Source of the DNA: an uncultured virus (IMG/VR IMGVR_UViG_3300013382_000005)
Taxonomy: Duplodnaviria; Heunggongvirae; Uroviricota; Caudoviricetes
Length of the DNA: 64,000 nt
Virus record (IMG/VR): IMGVR_UViG_3300013382_000005
Strand: one strand, 5' to 3'
Made by a program: the position numbers and the translations under genes. Positions 1 through 9,238 of the stretch are shown here, piece by piece. Under the pieces are notes generated by a model. It ran no database searches and was not told where the DNA came from. It was given only the letters and a program-made list of their open reading frames with translations. Each line of letters opens with the position of its first letter. Position 1 is the first letter of the stretch.

Positions 1-433
1 GATAGCAGGTCAGGAGCAATTAATAGCAGATTATAATAAAAAACATAAAACGCACATTGATACTCCTATATTAAATAATCATAAAATGAATTCGTTATTA
101 GCTGACCTTGCTGATACGAATATAAAAACTATAAAGAATGATATTCTGGAAAGTCTCAATAGTATAGATATAACAGAATCAGATAATATAGAATCTATAT
201 TTAATAAAAATAAGAATCGTATTTTTTATGCCATGTCTTATTTAGGAGACAAAGCATATTGGAATGGATATGTAGATTCAGCTAATGAATTTAATATCAA
301 AAATATCAATGTCAAGTTTAACAAAGACAGCGCAGACGCTAAATCTCACCCAAATAAAATAAATCCATCTGATTATAACTTAAATGACATTCCATCATAT
401 CATGCTTTTTGCAAATGCAAGTTATCAATATAA
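1..433 (+). CDS. 5'-truncated head morphogenesis protein (SPP1 gp7/Mu F-like C-terminus; possibly the end of a portal fusion)
   Basis: Frame is open from position 2, upstream of the ATG at 86. It ends in IPSYHAFCKC, resembling the PPxHPNCRC motif, and lies directly before the protease. Confidence 0.5.
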   Translation, partial: IAGQEQLIADYNKKHKTHIDTPILNNHKMNSLLADLADTNIKTIKNDILESLNSIDITESDNIESIFNKNKNRIFYAMSYLGDKAYWNGYVDSANEFNIKNINVKFNKDSADAKSHPNKINPSDYNLNDIPSYHAFCKCKLSI

Positions 434-453
434 TTAAAAGGTCAATATAAAAC

Positions 454-1857
454 ATGTCTATCGAATTAATTGAACAAATAGATTTGACAGAAAAGAAAGC
501 GAATAAAGCAATCATAAAAGTTGATCCAAAATCAATTATGGTAGATATCGAGGGCGCACACTCAAATGTGTTAACTGGTAATTATACTCAGTATACACCA
601 GAAGGTTTAATTGCAAGTATACCGTCATGGACAGATCCATATGAGAAACCATGTATCATGTATCATAATGAAGAAGATGGTAAAATTATTGGACGTATTA
701 AGGCGGTTACTTGTAAGCAAACCGATACGCGCTCAGATACTCCTGCTTTACTATTCACGGTAAATGTTCCAGATGAAGAAGCAAAGCAACAGATTGAAGA
801 TGGCAGACTATCCACAGTTTCTATTGGCATAAACGCAACTGATGTAAGGTGTTCTATATGCGGACAAAATATAGCAGAAGGAAAATGTGGACATAAACGT
901 GGACAACGTTATGACGATAAATTATGTTATTGGGTCGTAAATGAGTTTACAGGTAAGGAATTATCTTACGTAATAACTCCATCAGACCCATATGCCCATA
1001 ATGTCAAAATATATTCGCCTGATGATAATGTCGAGTTAAAGGAAACACAAGAACAAATGCTTATGAATGAAAATTTAGATACTACTATATCTGATAATTC
1101 TGAAAATGTGTTAAATAATGAAACTGCCATAAGTAATAATGACAGTGACAATAACAGTATTGTTAACACTCAAATTACAGAATCAGAAAATAATTCTACT
1201 GAGCAATCTACTGTAGAAGCAGATAATACTGATACAAAAGATTCTACTGTTCAGATTGCAGAATCAACAGACTCTACAACGACTTCAGAGACTACAGCTG
1301 AGAATCAAACAAATACAACATCTGAAAACATAACAGAAGAAAATCAGCAAGATAATTCTCAATCTAAATCAGACATTCTTATAAATGAAATATTTGCAAG
1401 ATATGCGAGACTTCTTGAAGATTACACCAGATTACAAAGCAATTATGATTATCTTAGAAGCGATTATGAGAGCACGCGAGCAGAAATGTTAGCGTATAGA
1501 AATAAATACAATCTTTTAATCTCTAACGAAATCAATAATTATAGAGTTCGTAATGGACAGCAAATGTTAGAATCTGAAGAACTTTCAAAGAGATCTACTG
1601 AATCACTTGAAAATACATTAAATGATTTAAAGAGCGATAATGTTAAGATTGCAGAATCTGAAAATAAGAATAAAGATTCTGATAAAGAAAAAGAATCTGC
1701 GCAGTCTATTACTGAATCACTACAAGTGGTTGATAGTCCTGTAAATATTGTAAAAGATGATTCTGATGATTGTAATAAGAGTGAATCAAATCAATCTACC
1801 AAGATCGATATCAGAGAGAAATTTGACAATCTTGGAAACATTTTATTTAAATATTAA
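454..1857 (+). CDS. Prohead protease with C-terminal acidic/coiled-coil scaffold region
   Basis: N-terminal MYHN..IIGR, LSTVSIG, CSICG..CGH and ELSYVITPSD motifs typical of phage prohead proteases. Followed by a low-complexity S/T/E/N linker and a coiled coil; upstream of the capsid genes. Confidence 0.8.
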   Translation: MSIELIEQIDLTEKKANKAIIKVDPKSIMVDIEGAHSNVLTGNYTQYTPEGLIASIPSWTDPYEKPCIMYHNEEDGKIIGRIKAVTCKQTDTRSDTPALLFTVNVPDEEAKQQIEDGRLSTVSIGINATDVRCSICGQNIAEGKCGHKRGQRYDDKLCYWVVNEFTGKELSYVITPSDPYAHNVKIYSPDDNVELKETQEQMLMNENLDTTISDNSENVLNNETAISNNDSDNNSIVNTQITESENNSTEQSTVEADNTDTKDSTVQIAESTDSTTTSETTAENQTNTTSENITEENQQDNSQSKSDILINEIFARYARLLEDYTRLQSNYDYLRSDYESTRAEMLAYRNKYNLLISNEINNYRVRNGQQMLESEELSKRSTESLENTLNDLKSDNVKIAESENKNKDSDKEKESAQSITESLQVVDSPVNIVKDDSDDCNKSESNQSTKIDIREKFDNLGNILFKY

Positions 1858-1877
1858 TTAAGGAGTAAATTCTTAAA

Positions 1878-3572
1878 ATGGCAATTTATCCAAAGAACTC
1901 TGGTAGCCAGGAAGTTCTTAGTCCTGGTGCACGCGGCGAAGTTTTTCAGGCAAGTCTCCCTGGATATCGTGACGGCGCGGATAGAATTAATCGCACAAAT
2001 ACTACTTTAAATACGGCAGCTCATGATGTTCCTAACATCAAGTATGAGCTTGACCGTCGTCTTCCAGCACTCTTCAAATACGGATTCGCTTACGGTTTCA
2101 ACCAGATTGTCATTCCTAAGGGAAGAGTAGTTGCTGTTGATCCTTACATGAATACCATCAACACTGAAATGATGGATGGTGTTGTTACTGATGAGAATGG
2201 CGTTGGGCACAGAGTTCCAAAGTCTTATAACTCTCTTACTCTTGCTAACGGTGGCTCTCCTGTCAGACTTCGTGAAGATACTGATACTTATCCTGCTGAT
2301 GCTCAGTATATTGCACCTGATATGCGTGGACAGAAGGTTAATGGCGTAGGCAAGGAATGGATTCCACTCTGTGGTATCGCAGATGCTTATAATGCAGAAA
2401 CTTCTTCGTATAAGCCATTTGGCAATAAGGGGCCGAAGGAACATCTTACAAGCGCTGGCTATACAATCGGCAAGACTTCTGGCAAGGTAGAGCTTGATGG
2501 TGTACCTGTTAATAACGTCCGTCCTGGTAACTTCCCAATTGGCATTATGGCTCGTAATGAATATACCAGAAATGATGATGCATTTAATGGCATGATGCCT
2601 GGTGGTGTTCTTACCGATGCTATGGTTGAACTTCCTTGGTTTGGCTTTAAGGATAGAGCAGAACAGAATCCTTGGGGTTCTGCATATGGTGACCTCTTCC
2701 CTGGTGCACTTGTTAAGTCTGATGAAAATGGTCGTATTACACTTTCTCCTCTTTCTTTTGTTGAAGAGATTGGTGATCAGTTTGGCGGGTTCAATGTCGA
2801 ATCTGATATTGAGAGACAGCAGGTGATTGGTCAGGTTTATTCTGTAAACCGTGATCTGCTTCCTGAGGGTGCAGCTCGCTGGGCTACATGGGCTCTCGAA
2901 GAGAGACGCAACTTCCGTGATTTCAATCCGGATGAGTACAGAGCAAATAATCGTGATGGCGAAGATAATACTGTAAACTCTGCATATCACACCACTGGTC
3001 AGTATCCTGGATATCCTTTCGATAATACGATTACTGAGCATGACCTTCATATGCTTGAGTCTAAGCGTCCATACAACAAGAGAATGGCTGACACTATGCA
3101 GTATGACAATCTTGGTATCCCTGGACTTACCGATGGTAAGAATGTTGTCAAGAGAACGTTTGCATGGCAGGATGGCGCAACTGTGAATGAAGATCCTAAT
3201 GCTGCTACATATAATAAGATCTTTATCCGTGCATCTGAAGTTGATATAGAGAATCTTATGATTAAGATTGATGACGGTGATCCGGTTGCTTGTGCTAAGG
3301 ATGCTGTTATTAATGCAAAGGCTGCTGATGGTACTCAGGGTACATTCGCAGTTGTTGATTATGTTGATCTTAAACAGGGTCTGATTGTTATCGCAGTTAA
3401 GGACACCAATGCTGCAAATGAATATATGGAATCTAAGCTTGCTGCTAATCCTAAGGCATCTGCTGATTTCACTATCAAGATCAAGTTTGACAAGCGCGGC
3501 ATCTCTGGTGTTCCTACTATGATGGACTGGGATGGATGCATGGGCTCTGTCAAGATTCTTCTTACAAAGTAA
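1878..3572 (+). CDS. Abundant head structural protein (capsid decoration/cement-like)
   Basis: AAGGAG RBS; lies between protease and MCP; same AAG/GAG/GGT codon bias as the MCP. Confidence 0.6.
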   Translation: MAIYPKNSGSQEVLSPGARGEVFQASLPGYRDGADRINRTNTTLNTAAHDVPNIKYELDRRLPALFKYGFAYGFNQIVIPKGRVVAVDPYMNTINTEMMDGVVTDENGVGHRVPKSYNSLTLANGGSPVRLREDTDTYPADAQYIAPDMRGQKVNGVGKEWIPLCGIADAYNAETSSYKPFGNKGPKEHLTSAGYTIGKTSGKVELDGVPVNNVRPGNFPIGIMARNEYTRNDDAFNGMMPGGVLTDAMVELPWFGFKDRAEQNPWGSAYGDLFPGALVKSDENGRITLSPLSFVEEIGDQFGGFNVESDIERQQVIGQVYSVNRDLLPEGAARWATWALEERRNFRDFNPDEYRANNRDGEDNTVNSAYHTTGQYPGYPFDNTITEHDLHMLESKRPYNKRMADTMQYDNLGIPGLTDGKNVVKRTFAWQDGATVNEDPNAATYNKIFIRASEVDIENLMIKIDDGDPVACAKDAVINAKAADGTQGTFAVVDYVDLKQGLIVIAVKDTNAANEYMESKLAANPKASADFTIKIKFDKRGISGVPTMMDWDGCMGSVKILLTK

Positions 3573-3597
3573 TTCAGAGAGGATATAAAATATATAA

Positions 3598-4818
3598 ATG
3601 AATATCAATGGTTTTTTAAATGACATTAATACCATCAGAGAGAGTATTAATGTTGCTGAACAAAAGGGCGAGACTCCAGAGGTATCTCGCAAGTCTGTTG
3701 ACCTCATGGAAAAAACCGTTCGCAATATGAACGGAGATTATTCTACTGGTAGAGTTTCTATTCAGGAGGCAATTACAACTACTGACACTGTTAGACTCAT
3801 CCCTAAGATTATTGAAGGTCAGATGAGAGAAGCTGCTGAGCCTGAGTATCTTGGTACGAACTTCATGCAGCATGTCACTGTTGATACTGGAAATTCTGTT
3901 ACATATGTTATCCCTGTTGCTGGTGAGATTCACGCTCACGAGGTCGGCGAAGGTACTAGATATAATGAGGACAATGTTGAGTTCAACACTGTTGAGAACG
4001 GCCAGCTCGAAGTCCGTGTCAAGAAGGTTGGATGCAGAGTCTCCATTACTGAAGAGGCAATTTCCGATTCTTCTTGGGATATCTTAGGCATTAACACGAG
4101 AAAGATGGGTCGTGCAATGGCTCGTTATAAGGAAGAAATGATCTTCCAGAACTTCTCGACTCATGGACATGTTGTCTTTGATAATAACCTCAGATCTCAG
4201 AATGAGGCATTTGGTACGACTGGTAGAGGTATCGATGGTGCATTCAATGATACCATGTCTGTTGAGGACTTCCTCGATCTTGTTCTCGTTCTTATGTCCA
4301 ATGGTTTCAATCCTACTGATGTTATCATGCATCCGCTGACTTGGGTTGTCTTTGCTCGTAACACTATGCTTGGCAACGGTCTGACTTATGGTGCATTCAA
4401 TGGTCAGTATGTCCATCCGAACAACATGGTTCAGGGCACTCCTGCTGCATTTGGTCTTGCAAACAATGGCGCTGCACAGCCTCTTATTGTTAAGCCTGAG
4501 CAGGTTCAGAATCGTCTTCCTATGCCCCTTGCAATCAATCTTACTCCTTATGTTCACTTTGATAAGATCGCTAAGAGATTTGATATGTATTGCATCGATA
4601 GAGCAGAGGTTGGTGTCCTTGTTGAGAAGGAAGGACTCACGACTGAGAACTGGACAAATCCTGAGCTTGATATCCGTAACCTGAAGGCTAAGGAGCGTTA
4701 TGGTGTTGGTATTCTTAATAACGGTAAGGCTATTACTGTTTGCCAGAACCTCGCTGTTGCTGCTACATATCCTACTCCTCCGGTTGTTAAGATTCAGAAT
4801 GAGCCTATTGGCGGTTAA
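3598..4818 (+). CDS. Major capsid protein (HK97-like fold)
   Basis: 406 aa; EVGEG, VKKVGCRVSITEEAISDS, DVIMHP and KERYGVGI segments typical of MCPs; strong codon bias; followed by a terminator. Confidence 0.88.
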   Translation: MNINGFLNDINTIRESINVAEQKGETPEVSRKSVDLMEKTVRNMNGDYSTGRVSIQEAITTTDTVRLIPKIIEGQMREAAEPEYLGTNFMQHVTVDTGNSVTYVIPVAGEIHAHEVGEGTRYNEDNVEFNTVENGQLEVRVKKVGCRVSITEEAISDSSWDILGINTRKMGRAMARYKEEMIFQNFSTHGHVVFDNNLRSQNEAFGTTGRGIDGAFNDTMSVEDFLDLVLVLMSNGFNPTDVIMHPLTWVVFARNTMLGNGLTYGAFNGQYVHPNNMVQGTPAAFGLANNGAAQPLIVKPEQVQNRLPMPLAINLTPYVHFDKIAKRFDMYCIDRAEVGVLVEKEGLTTENWTNPELDIRNLKAKERYGVGILNNGKAITVCQNLAVAATYPTPPVVKIQNEPIGG

Positions 4819-4865
4819 AATAAATAATAGCCATCTTAAAGAGTCACGCTAATATAGATTAAAAA

Positions 4866-4915
4866 AATGACCATAGACCTATTATTATAATATGGTCTAT
4901 GGTCATTATATTTTT
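4866..4915 (+). terminator. Intrinsic terminator after MCP
   Basis: AATGACCATAGACC / GGTCTATGGTCATT inverted repeat followed by a T-rich tract. Confidence 0.7.
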
Positions 4916-4951
4916 ATTCAAACAATTTTATTTGAGAGGAATTTAATTTAA

Positions 4952-5503
4952 ATGAAAGAAATTGCAACAGTGAAGCTTGCTCCAGGCAATGTAGCCTTTT
5001 ATGATGAGCTTACTAAGATTCATCTGACGCTTAGTAACCCTTATGCTAAGATCTATGAAGGTATGAATCTCAAACGCATTAAGGCATCTGTAAAATATGG
5101 CACCCTTCGTGTCGTTGTCGGTTCTCTTGTTACTGATACGGTTACCGAAGTTCCGGTTAAAACTATCCATGATCCTATAGAGCCAAAACAGACAACTGTG
5201 CCTGAAGTTAAGATTCAGAATATAGAGACCAAGCCTGCTGTAGAAGAGACAGAGTCTAAAGAAGATATCATCGCTCCAGTTATTGAAGACCCAAAGGCTG
5301 ACGATGCTACAGTAGAAGACATCGTTGCAGAAACTGTTCCAGCTGTTGAAACTCCAAAAAGCGAAGCTGAATCAGAAACTGAATCCGAATCAGATATTAA
5401 CCAAGAACAACCTGAAAAAGAAGCACCGAAGCCTAAGCGTGGGCGCAAAAAAGCAGCTGCTACTACAGAAACTGTTGAATCTACTGATAATACAGAGGCA
5501 TAA
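4952..5503 (+). CDS. Hypothetical virion-associated protein with acidic disordered tail ending in a basic KPKRGRKK patch
   Basis: GAGAGGA RBS; 183-aa ORF. Confidence 0.65.
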   Translation: MKEIATVKLAPGNVAFYDELTKIHLTLSNPYAKIYEGMNLKRIKASVKYGTLRVVVGSLVTDTVTEVPVKTIHDPIEPKQTTVPEVKIQNIETKPAVEETESKEDIIAPVIEDPKADDATVEDIVAETVPAVETPKSEAESETESESDINQEQPEKEAPKPKRGRKKAAATTETVESTDNTEA

Positions 5504-5506
5504 TAC

Positions 5507-5578
5507 ATGGCTTGTAAAACAAAAACCAAAACCAAAACTACTAAACCAAAGAGTAGTGGTAAAGGTAAGTGTAAGTAA
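5507..5578 (+). CDS. 23-aa lysine-rich micropeptide MACKTKTKTKTTKPKSSGKGKCK
   Basis: GAGG RBS just upstream; ATG 5507 and TAA 5576-5578; fills the intergenic gap. Confidence 0.5.
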   Translation: MACKTKTKTKTTKPKSSGKGKCK

Positions 5579-5604
5579 TTATTTTTAGAAAGGTATAACA
5601 ACTG

Positions 5605-6384
5605 ATGTATAGAGAATTTAATTTTACATCAATAGATACTGATGCAAAAAATAAAAACATAACAGTTGTTATGACGGCTGCAATTGATGAATCTACTGTT
5701 CATGGAGACAACATCCAATTGCTTGATTGTACAACCAATCATTTTGTTTTAATAAATTACGAAGTTGATATAGAGAAGCTAATTATAACTCTTCCTGATT
5801 ATCCATTGCCTAACAGTAGATATTCACTGGTTATAAAAGGAATCAAAGACATAACTGGTAATGCACTTTTAAGAGGTATCAATTATATTGTTGAATTTAC
5901 AAGCGCAATTAAAACAGAAGCCAAATTTATTAAACCAGCTTTTTCAGAAGAAGTAACAGATGATCTTGTATTTAGTTTACAAGAGTATGTCCCCGAGAAA
6001 GATGTTCCACATAAAGATGATATAAAATTCTACAATTCATTTTTAATTGAAGTATCTCTTGATAACCTATTTAATAATATTATCTTTCGTACAGAATTAA
6101 TTGATCGCAATAGTATGACTGTAATGGATCTTCAGAACGGTCAATATTATGCAAGAGCAAGGGTACAAAATAATAATGAGTATGGTATCTGGGGTCCAAT
6201 AATCACTTTTGTACTAAATAAGCAAGAAAAAGAAGAACCAGATGAGCCCATCTTCTATAAACCATTAACAATTGTCTCTGTACCTAAAGACGGTGATGAT
6301 GCATCTTCTTTCTATATTGAGATGAGTGAAGAAGCTGATGAAGATACTCTTGATTCTATCAAGGTATATAGGAGGATGCTATAA
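5605..6384 (+). CDS. Ig-like/FN3-like domain virion protein
   Basis: N-terminal pattern (IDESTV...YSLVIKGIKDITGNAL) resembles Big_5 Ig-like domains; GQYYARARV..YGIWG resembles FN3. Confidence 0.55.
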   Translation: MYREFNFTSIDTDAKNKNITVVMTAAIDESTVHGDNIQLLDCTTNHFVLINYEVDIEKLIITLPDYPLPNSRYSLVIKGIKDITGNALLRGINYIVEFTSAIKTEAKFIKPAFSEEVTDDLVFSLQEYVPEKDVPHKDDIKFYNSFLIEVSLDNLFNNIIFRTELIDRNSMTVMDLQNGQYYARARVQNNNEYGIWGPIITFVLNKQEKEEPDEPIFYKPLTIVSVPKDGDDASSFYIEMSEEADEDTLDSIKVYRRML

Positions 6385-7013
6385 TGCTTGAACCAGTTGA
6401 ATGTACTATACGAACAATTGATAATTATATAGAGATTACTCCTACTGATGGTATTAAAGATAATAATATCTATGAGATAAAAATAGGTCATTTAAAAGCG
6501 GCTCATGGCCAATCAGAACTAAGCAATCAGAAGATTCTTGTTTATACTAAAATAACCCCATCGTATGGCACAATAGAAGGAGTCAGAGCACTACTTCATA
6601 ATTGTGACCTACCTGATTCTGTTATTTTATATAATATACGAGATGCATCAAGGTTCGTTGAATATGTAACCAAGAAGAAATATAGTGAGAACGATGTGCC
6701 ATTTAATGTATTTCAATTCGTTAAATATAAGGCAGCATATGATTCTCTGATAAGTTTCTGTGTTAATGGAATCACATCAGGTACAGATAAAGGTACTATG
6801 GGTGATGTTTCTTACGAGAATTCTTTTTCTGTAGGCGACCTGACTGATCTTCTTAAATTTCTTAAGGCAGAAGCAGATAAATGGTATGATGCATTATTCG
6901 ATGCAATGTATACTGGTCCTGCTCATCCGAAGATAACTGTGAAAGCTAGTTATATTCTTCATACAGACATACGAAATGATAATCCACCTCGTAGATCTTA
7001 TATGTTTACCTGA
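6384..7013 (+). CDS. Head-tail adaptor/neck protein
   Basis: Synteny; helical C-terminal part with GDVSYE-type motif; translationally coupled to the upstream gene (TAATG overlap). Confidence 0.5.
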   Translation: MLEPVECTIRTIDNYIEITPTDGIKDNNIYEIKIGHLKAAHGQSELSNQKILVYTKITPSYGTIEGVRALLHNCDLPDSVILYNIRDASRFVEYVTKKKYSENDVPFNVFQFVKYKAAYDSLISFCVNGITSGTDKGTMGDVSYENSFSVGDLTDLLKFLKAEADKWYDALFDAMYTGPAHPKITVKASYILHTDIRNDNPPRRSYMFT

Positions 7014-7025
7014 GGTGATTAAAGC

Positions 7026-7466
7026 ATGACATACCATGATTCATTTCAACATGTTATAAAAAGATATTCCAGAAAACTTATGCTAATTAAGTTAGATAAG
7101 AATGTAAGGTGTAAATGCCATTTGCCTGGGTCTAATGATCCAGATCCTGCTTGTCCAAAATGTTTAGGCACAGGATATAGGATTAAAATCTATGAAATAA
7201 ATGGCGCACCACAAACTTCTACTAACCCAACAACATTCAGACAAACAAATCAGATTGCTATTATAACATATTTCTATTTATTAGATGATGTTGTAATAGA
7301 CAGAGACGATTTGATAGTGTATGATAATCAGGCATTTATAGTTGAAAACACTGCTCGTAATGTTGGTTTCAACGCAAGATTCTGTTATACTAAGGCTGCC
7401 GGTATTCCTAAACGATTAGATAATAATATATTCTGGATTAATTACCATAATATTATAGGATCATAA
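7026..7466 (+). CDS. Head closure/neck protein with Cys cluster
   Basis: CKC...CPKCLGTG motif plus IDRDDLIV; synteny in the neck region. Confidence 0.5.
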   Translation: MTYHDSFQHVIKRYSRKLMLIKLDKNVRCKCHLPGSNDPDPACPKCLGTGYRIKIYEINGAPQTSTNPTTFRQTNQIAIITYFYLLDDVVIDRDDLIVYDNQAFIVENTARNVGFNARFCYTKAAGIPKRLDNNIFWINYHNIIGS

Positions 7467-7472
7467 TAATAT

Positions 7473-8471
7473 ATGTTAGAGTATAAAGATGAGTCTATAC
7501 TTGTAATTGGCGAAGGAACAACCAATTATAAAGTAAATGTTATCAATGAGATAAAGACTTTAAAAGAAATCGAAAAATACGGTCTTGATTCTCAATTATA
7601 TGAAGCATATGATTGTGCATCCGTATTTAAAGCAACTACTCACTTTTATGTATTAAATATGAGATATGATACTGATTATCCAGAAATCATAGAATCATTA
7701 ATACAAAGTGATTTCACATATATAGTTCCAATTAATATAAGACTGTCAGACAAGATTTACGTTGAATCTGAAAATAGAAAGATTCCATATGCTGAATACT
7801 TGTTAAATAATATAAAAGATTCAAACTTATCTACAATCATTATGACTGACAACCATGCTTCCCTATATAATGATATAGACCAATATATAAATGATATGGA
7901 GGCGAAGATTAATCTATTCAAAGATTTATCTATTGGTATAAATACATATGGGCGTAACCTTATTTTTATTGCCAATAACTTAGCCGACTATAGCTTTGGT
8001 AATGTAGTTGCAGCCTGCATGCTAAAATCCTCTCCATATAAAGATTATCCGTTACAGAGTTGTGGTGAAGCAGTATTTGATATAGATAAACACGATGTAA
8101 GATCCAAAGAATTTGCATTCTTTAAATATAATATCAAAAGATCTGCCACAATAGAAAATTTCAATAATTTCAGTATATCAAATGATCAGGATAAATATGT
8201 ACCAATCAACAGAGTTATAAAATATATTCAAAGATATCTTGATTTATCAGAATTCTGCGGCAAGATATATAATGAATATCTGAAAGTTTTAATTATAGAT
8301 AAACTCGATGTATTATTATCGACACTTGTGAATTATGCAATAACTGATTATAATATTCTGTCTTGTGAATTTGTGAATGACACTCAATCAAAAACCATAA
8401 TAGTATTGAATGAAATCAGCATCACGCCAATAAATTCAATAGAAAAATATAAATTATATATTGAGGCATAA
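7473..8471 (+). CDS. Short tail-sheath-like protein
   Basis: C-terminus (INRVIKYI...FCGK...AITDYNI...ISITPINSIEKY) parallels the C-terminus of the 9239 sheath protein. Confidence 0.55.
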   Translation: MLEYKDESILVIGEGTTNYKVNVINEIKTLKEIEKYGLDSQLYEAYDCASVFKATTHFYVLNMRYDTDYPEIIESLIQSDFTYIVPINIRLSDKIYVESENRKIPYAEYLLNNIKDSNLSTIIMTDNHASLYNDIDQYINDMEAKINLFKDLSIGINTYGRNLIFIANNLADYSFGNVVAACMLKSSPYKDYPLQSCGEAVFDIDKHDVRSKEFAFFKYNIKRSATIENFNNFSISNDQDKYVPINRVIKYIQRYLDLSEFCGKIYNEYLKVLIIDKLDVLLSTLVNYAITDYNILSCEFVNDTQSKTIIVLNEISITPINSIEKYKLYIEA

Positions 8472-8474
8472 AAT

Positions 8475-9203
8475 ATGTTAAATGATAAAATCAATGACAT
8501 TAATGATGTCGATGAATTTGAAATTCTGTTGAACAATAAGCGTGAACATGAAAGACATTATATAGAATCAAAAGATAAAGAACAGATTGCCAATAGTACT
8601 CCAATGACTGCTGATGCTAACTGTTCTTGCTTTGATTTTATAAAGATGGTTCAACGTATTGTAAGTCTCGATTTAAAAGATTATAATATAGATTTTTCAA
8701 GCGACAGACTTGCTTATAAAGCAGATGATATTCAGATTAATTTAGACAGACCAATTATAACATATCAAACTATATCACGAGTTCCTATCAGAGAATTAAA
8801 GCCAATGCAAAGATATGATGTCATGGATGACAAAGCAAATCTTATAGGCAATGTATATGCACAACGTTATGAATGCATTATACAGTTTAATATCTTTGCA
8901 AGTGTATATAATTTAGCTGAAGAAGTAATGAGTAGTTTTGAAGATATGATGATTAAATATGCTGGATATTTTAAACGCAATGGCGTAGCAGAACTACTTT
9001 TTAAAGAAGAAATATCAGATTCTGATTATAATTTATATCGTCAGGTTGTATCCGTAAGAAATATAAGATATAAAGTTCACATTGATAAAATGTATAACAA
9101 TCTATCTCCTATTATTAATGATGCAATAATAAATGATGTTACAGATGATGCTACAATCAACCATTACGTAGGCAAGCACATTTCGTCTCAAAAAATAAAT
9201 TAA
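8475..9203 (+). CDS. Tail completion/terminator-like protein
   Basis: PIITYQ...IQFNIFA pattern; lies directly upstream of the sheath gene. Confidence 0.5.
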   Translation: MLNDKINDINDVDEFEILLNNKREHERHYIESKDKEQIANSTPMTADANCSCFDFIKMVQRIVSLDLKDYNIDFSSDRLAYKADDIQINLDRPIITYQTISRVPIRELKPMQRYDVMDDKANLIGNVYAQRYECIIQFNIFASVYNLAEEVMSSFEDMMIKYAGYFKRNGVAELLFKEEISDSDYNLYRQVVSVRNIRYKVHIDKMYNNLSPIINDAIINDVTDDATINHYVGKHISSQKIN

Positions 9204-9238
9204 CGTTAATTTTGGAAAAATTGAGGAGGAGCCAATTA

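Noticed and set aside
2007..3725. 572-aa minus-strand ORF
   Set aside because: Antisense shadow of the strongly codon-biased head genes; it overlaps two real genes and has no recognisable motifs. The same applies to the other short antisense and alternate-frame ORFs in the track.
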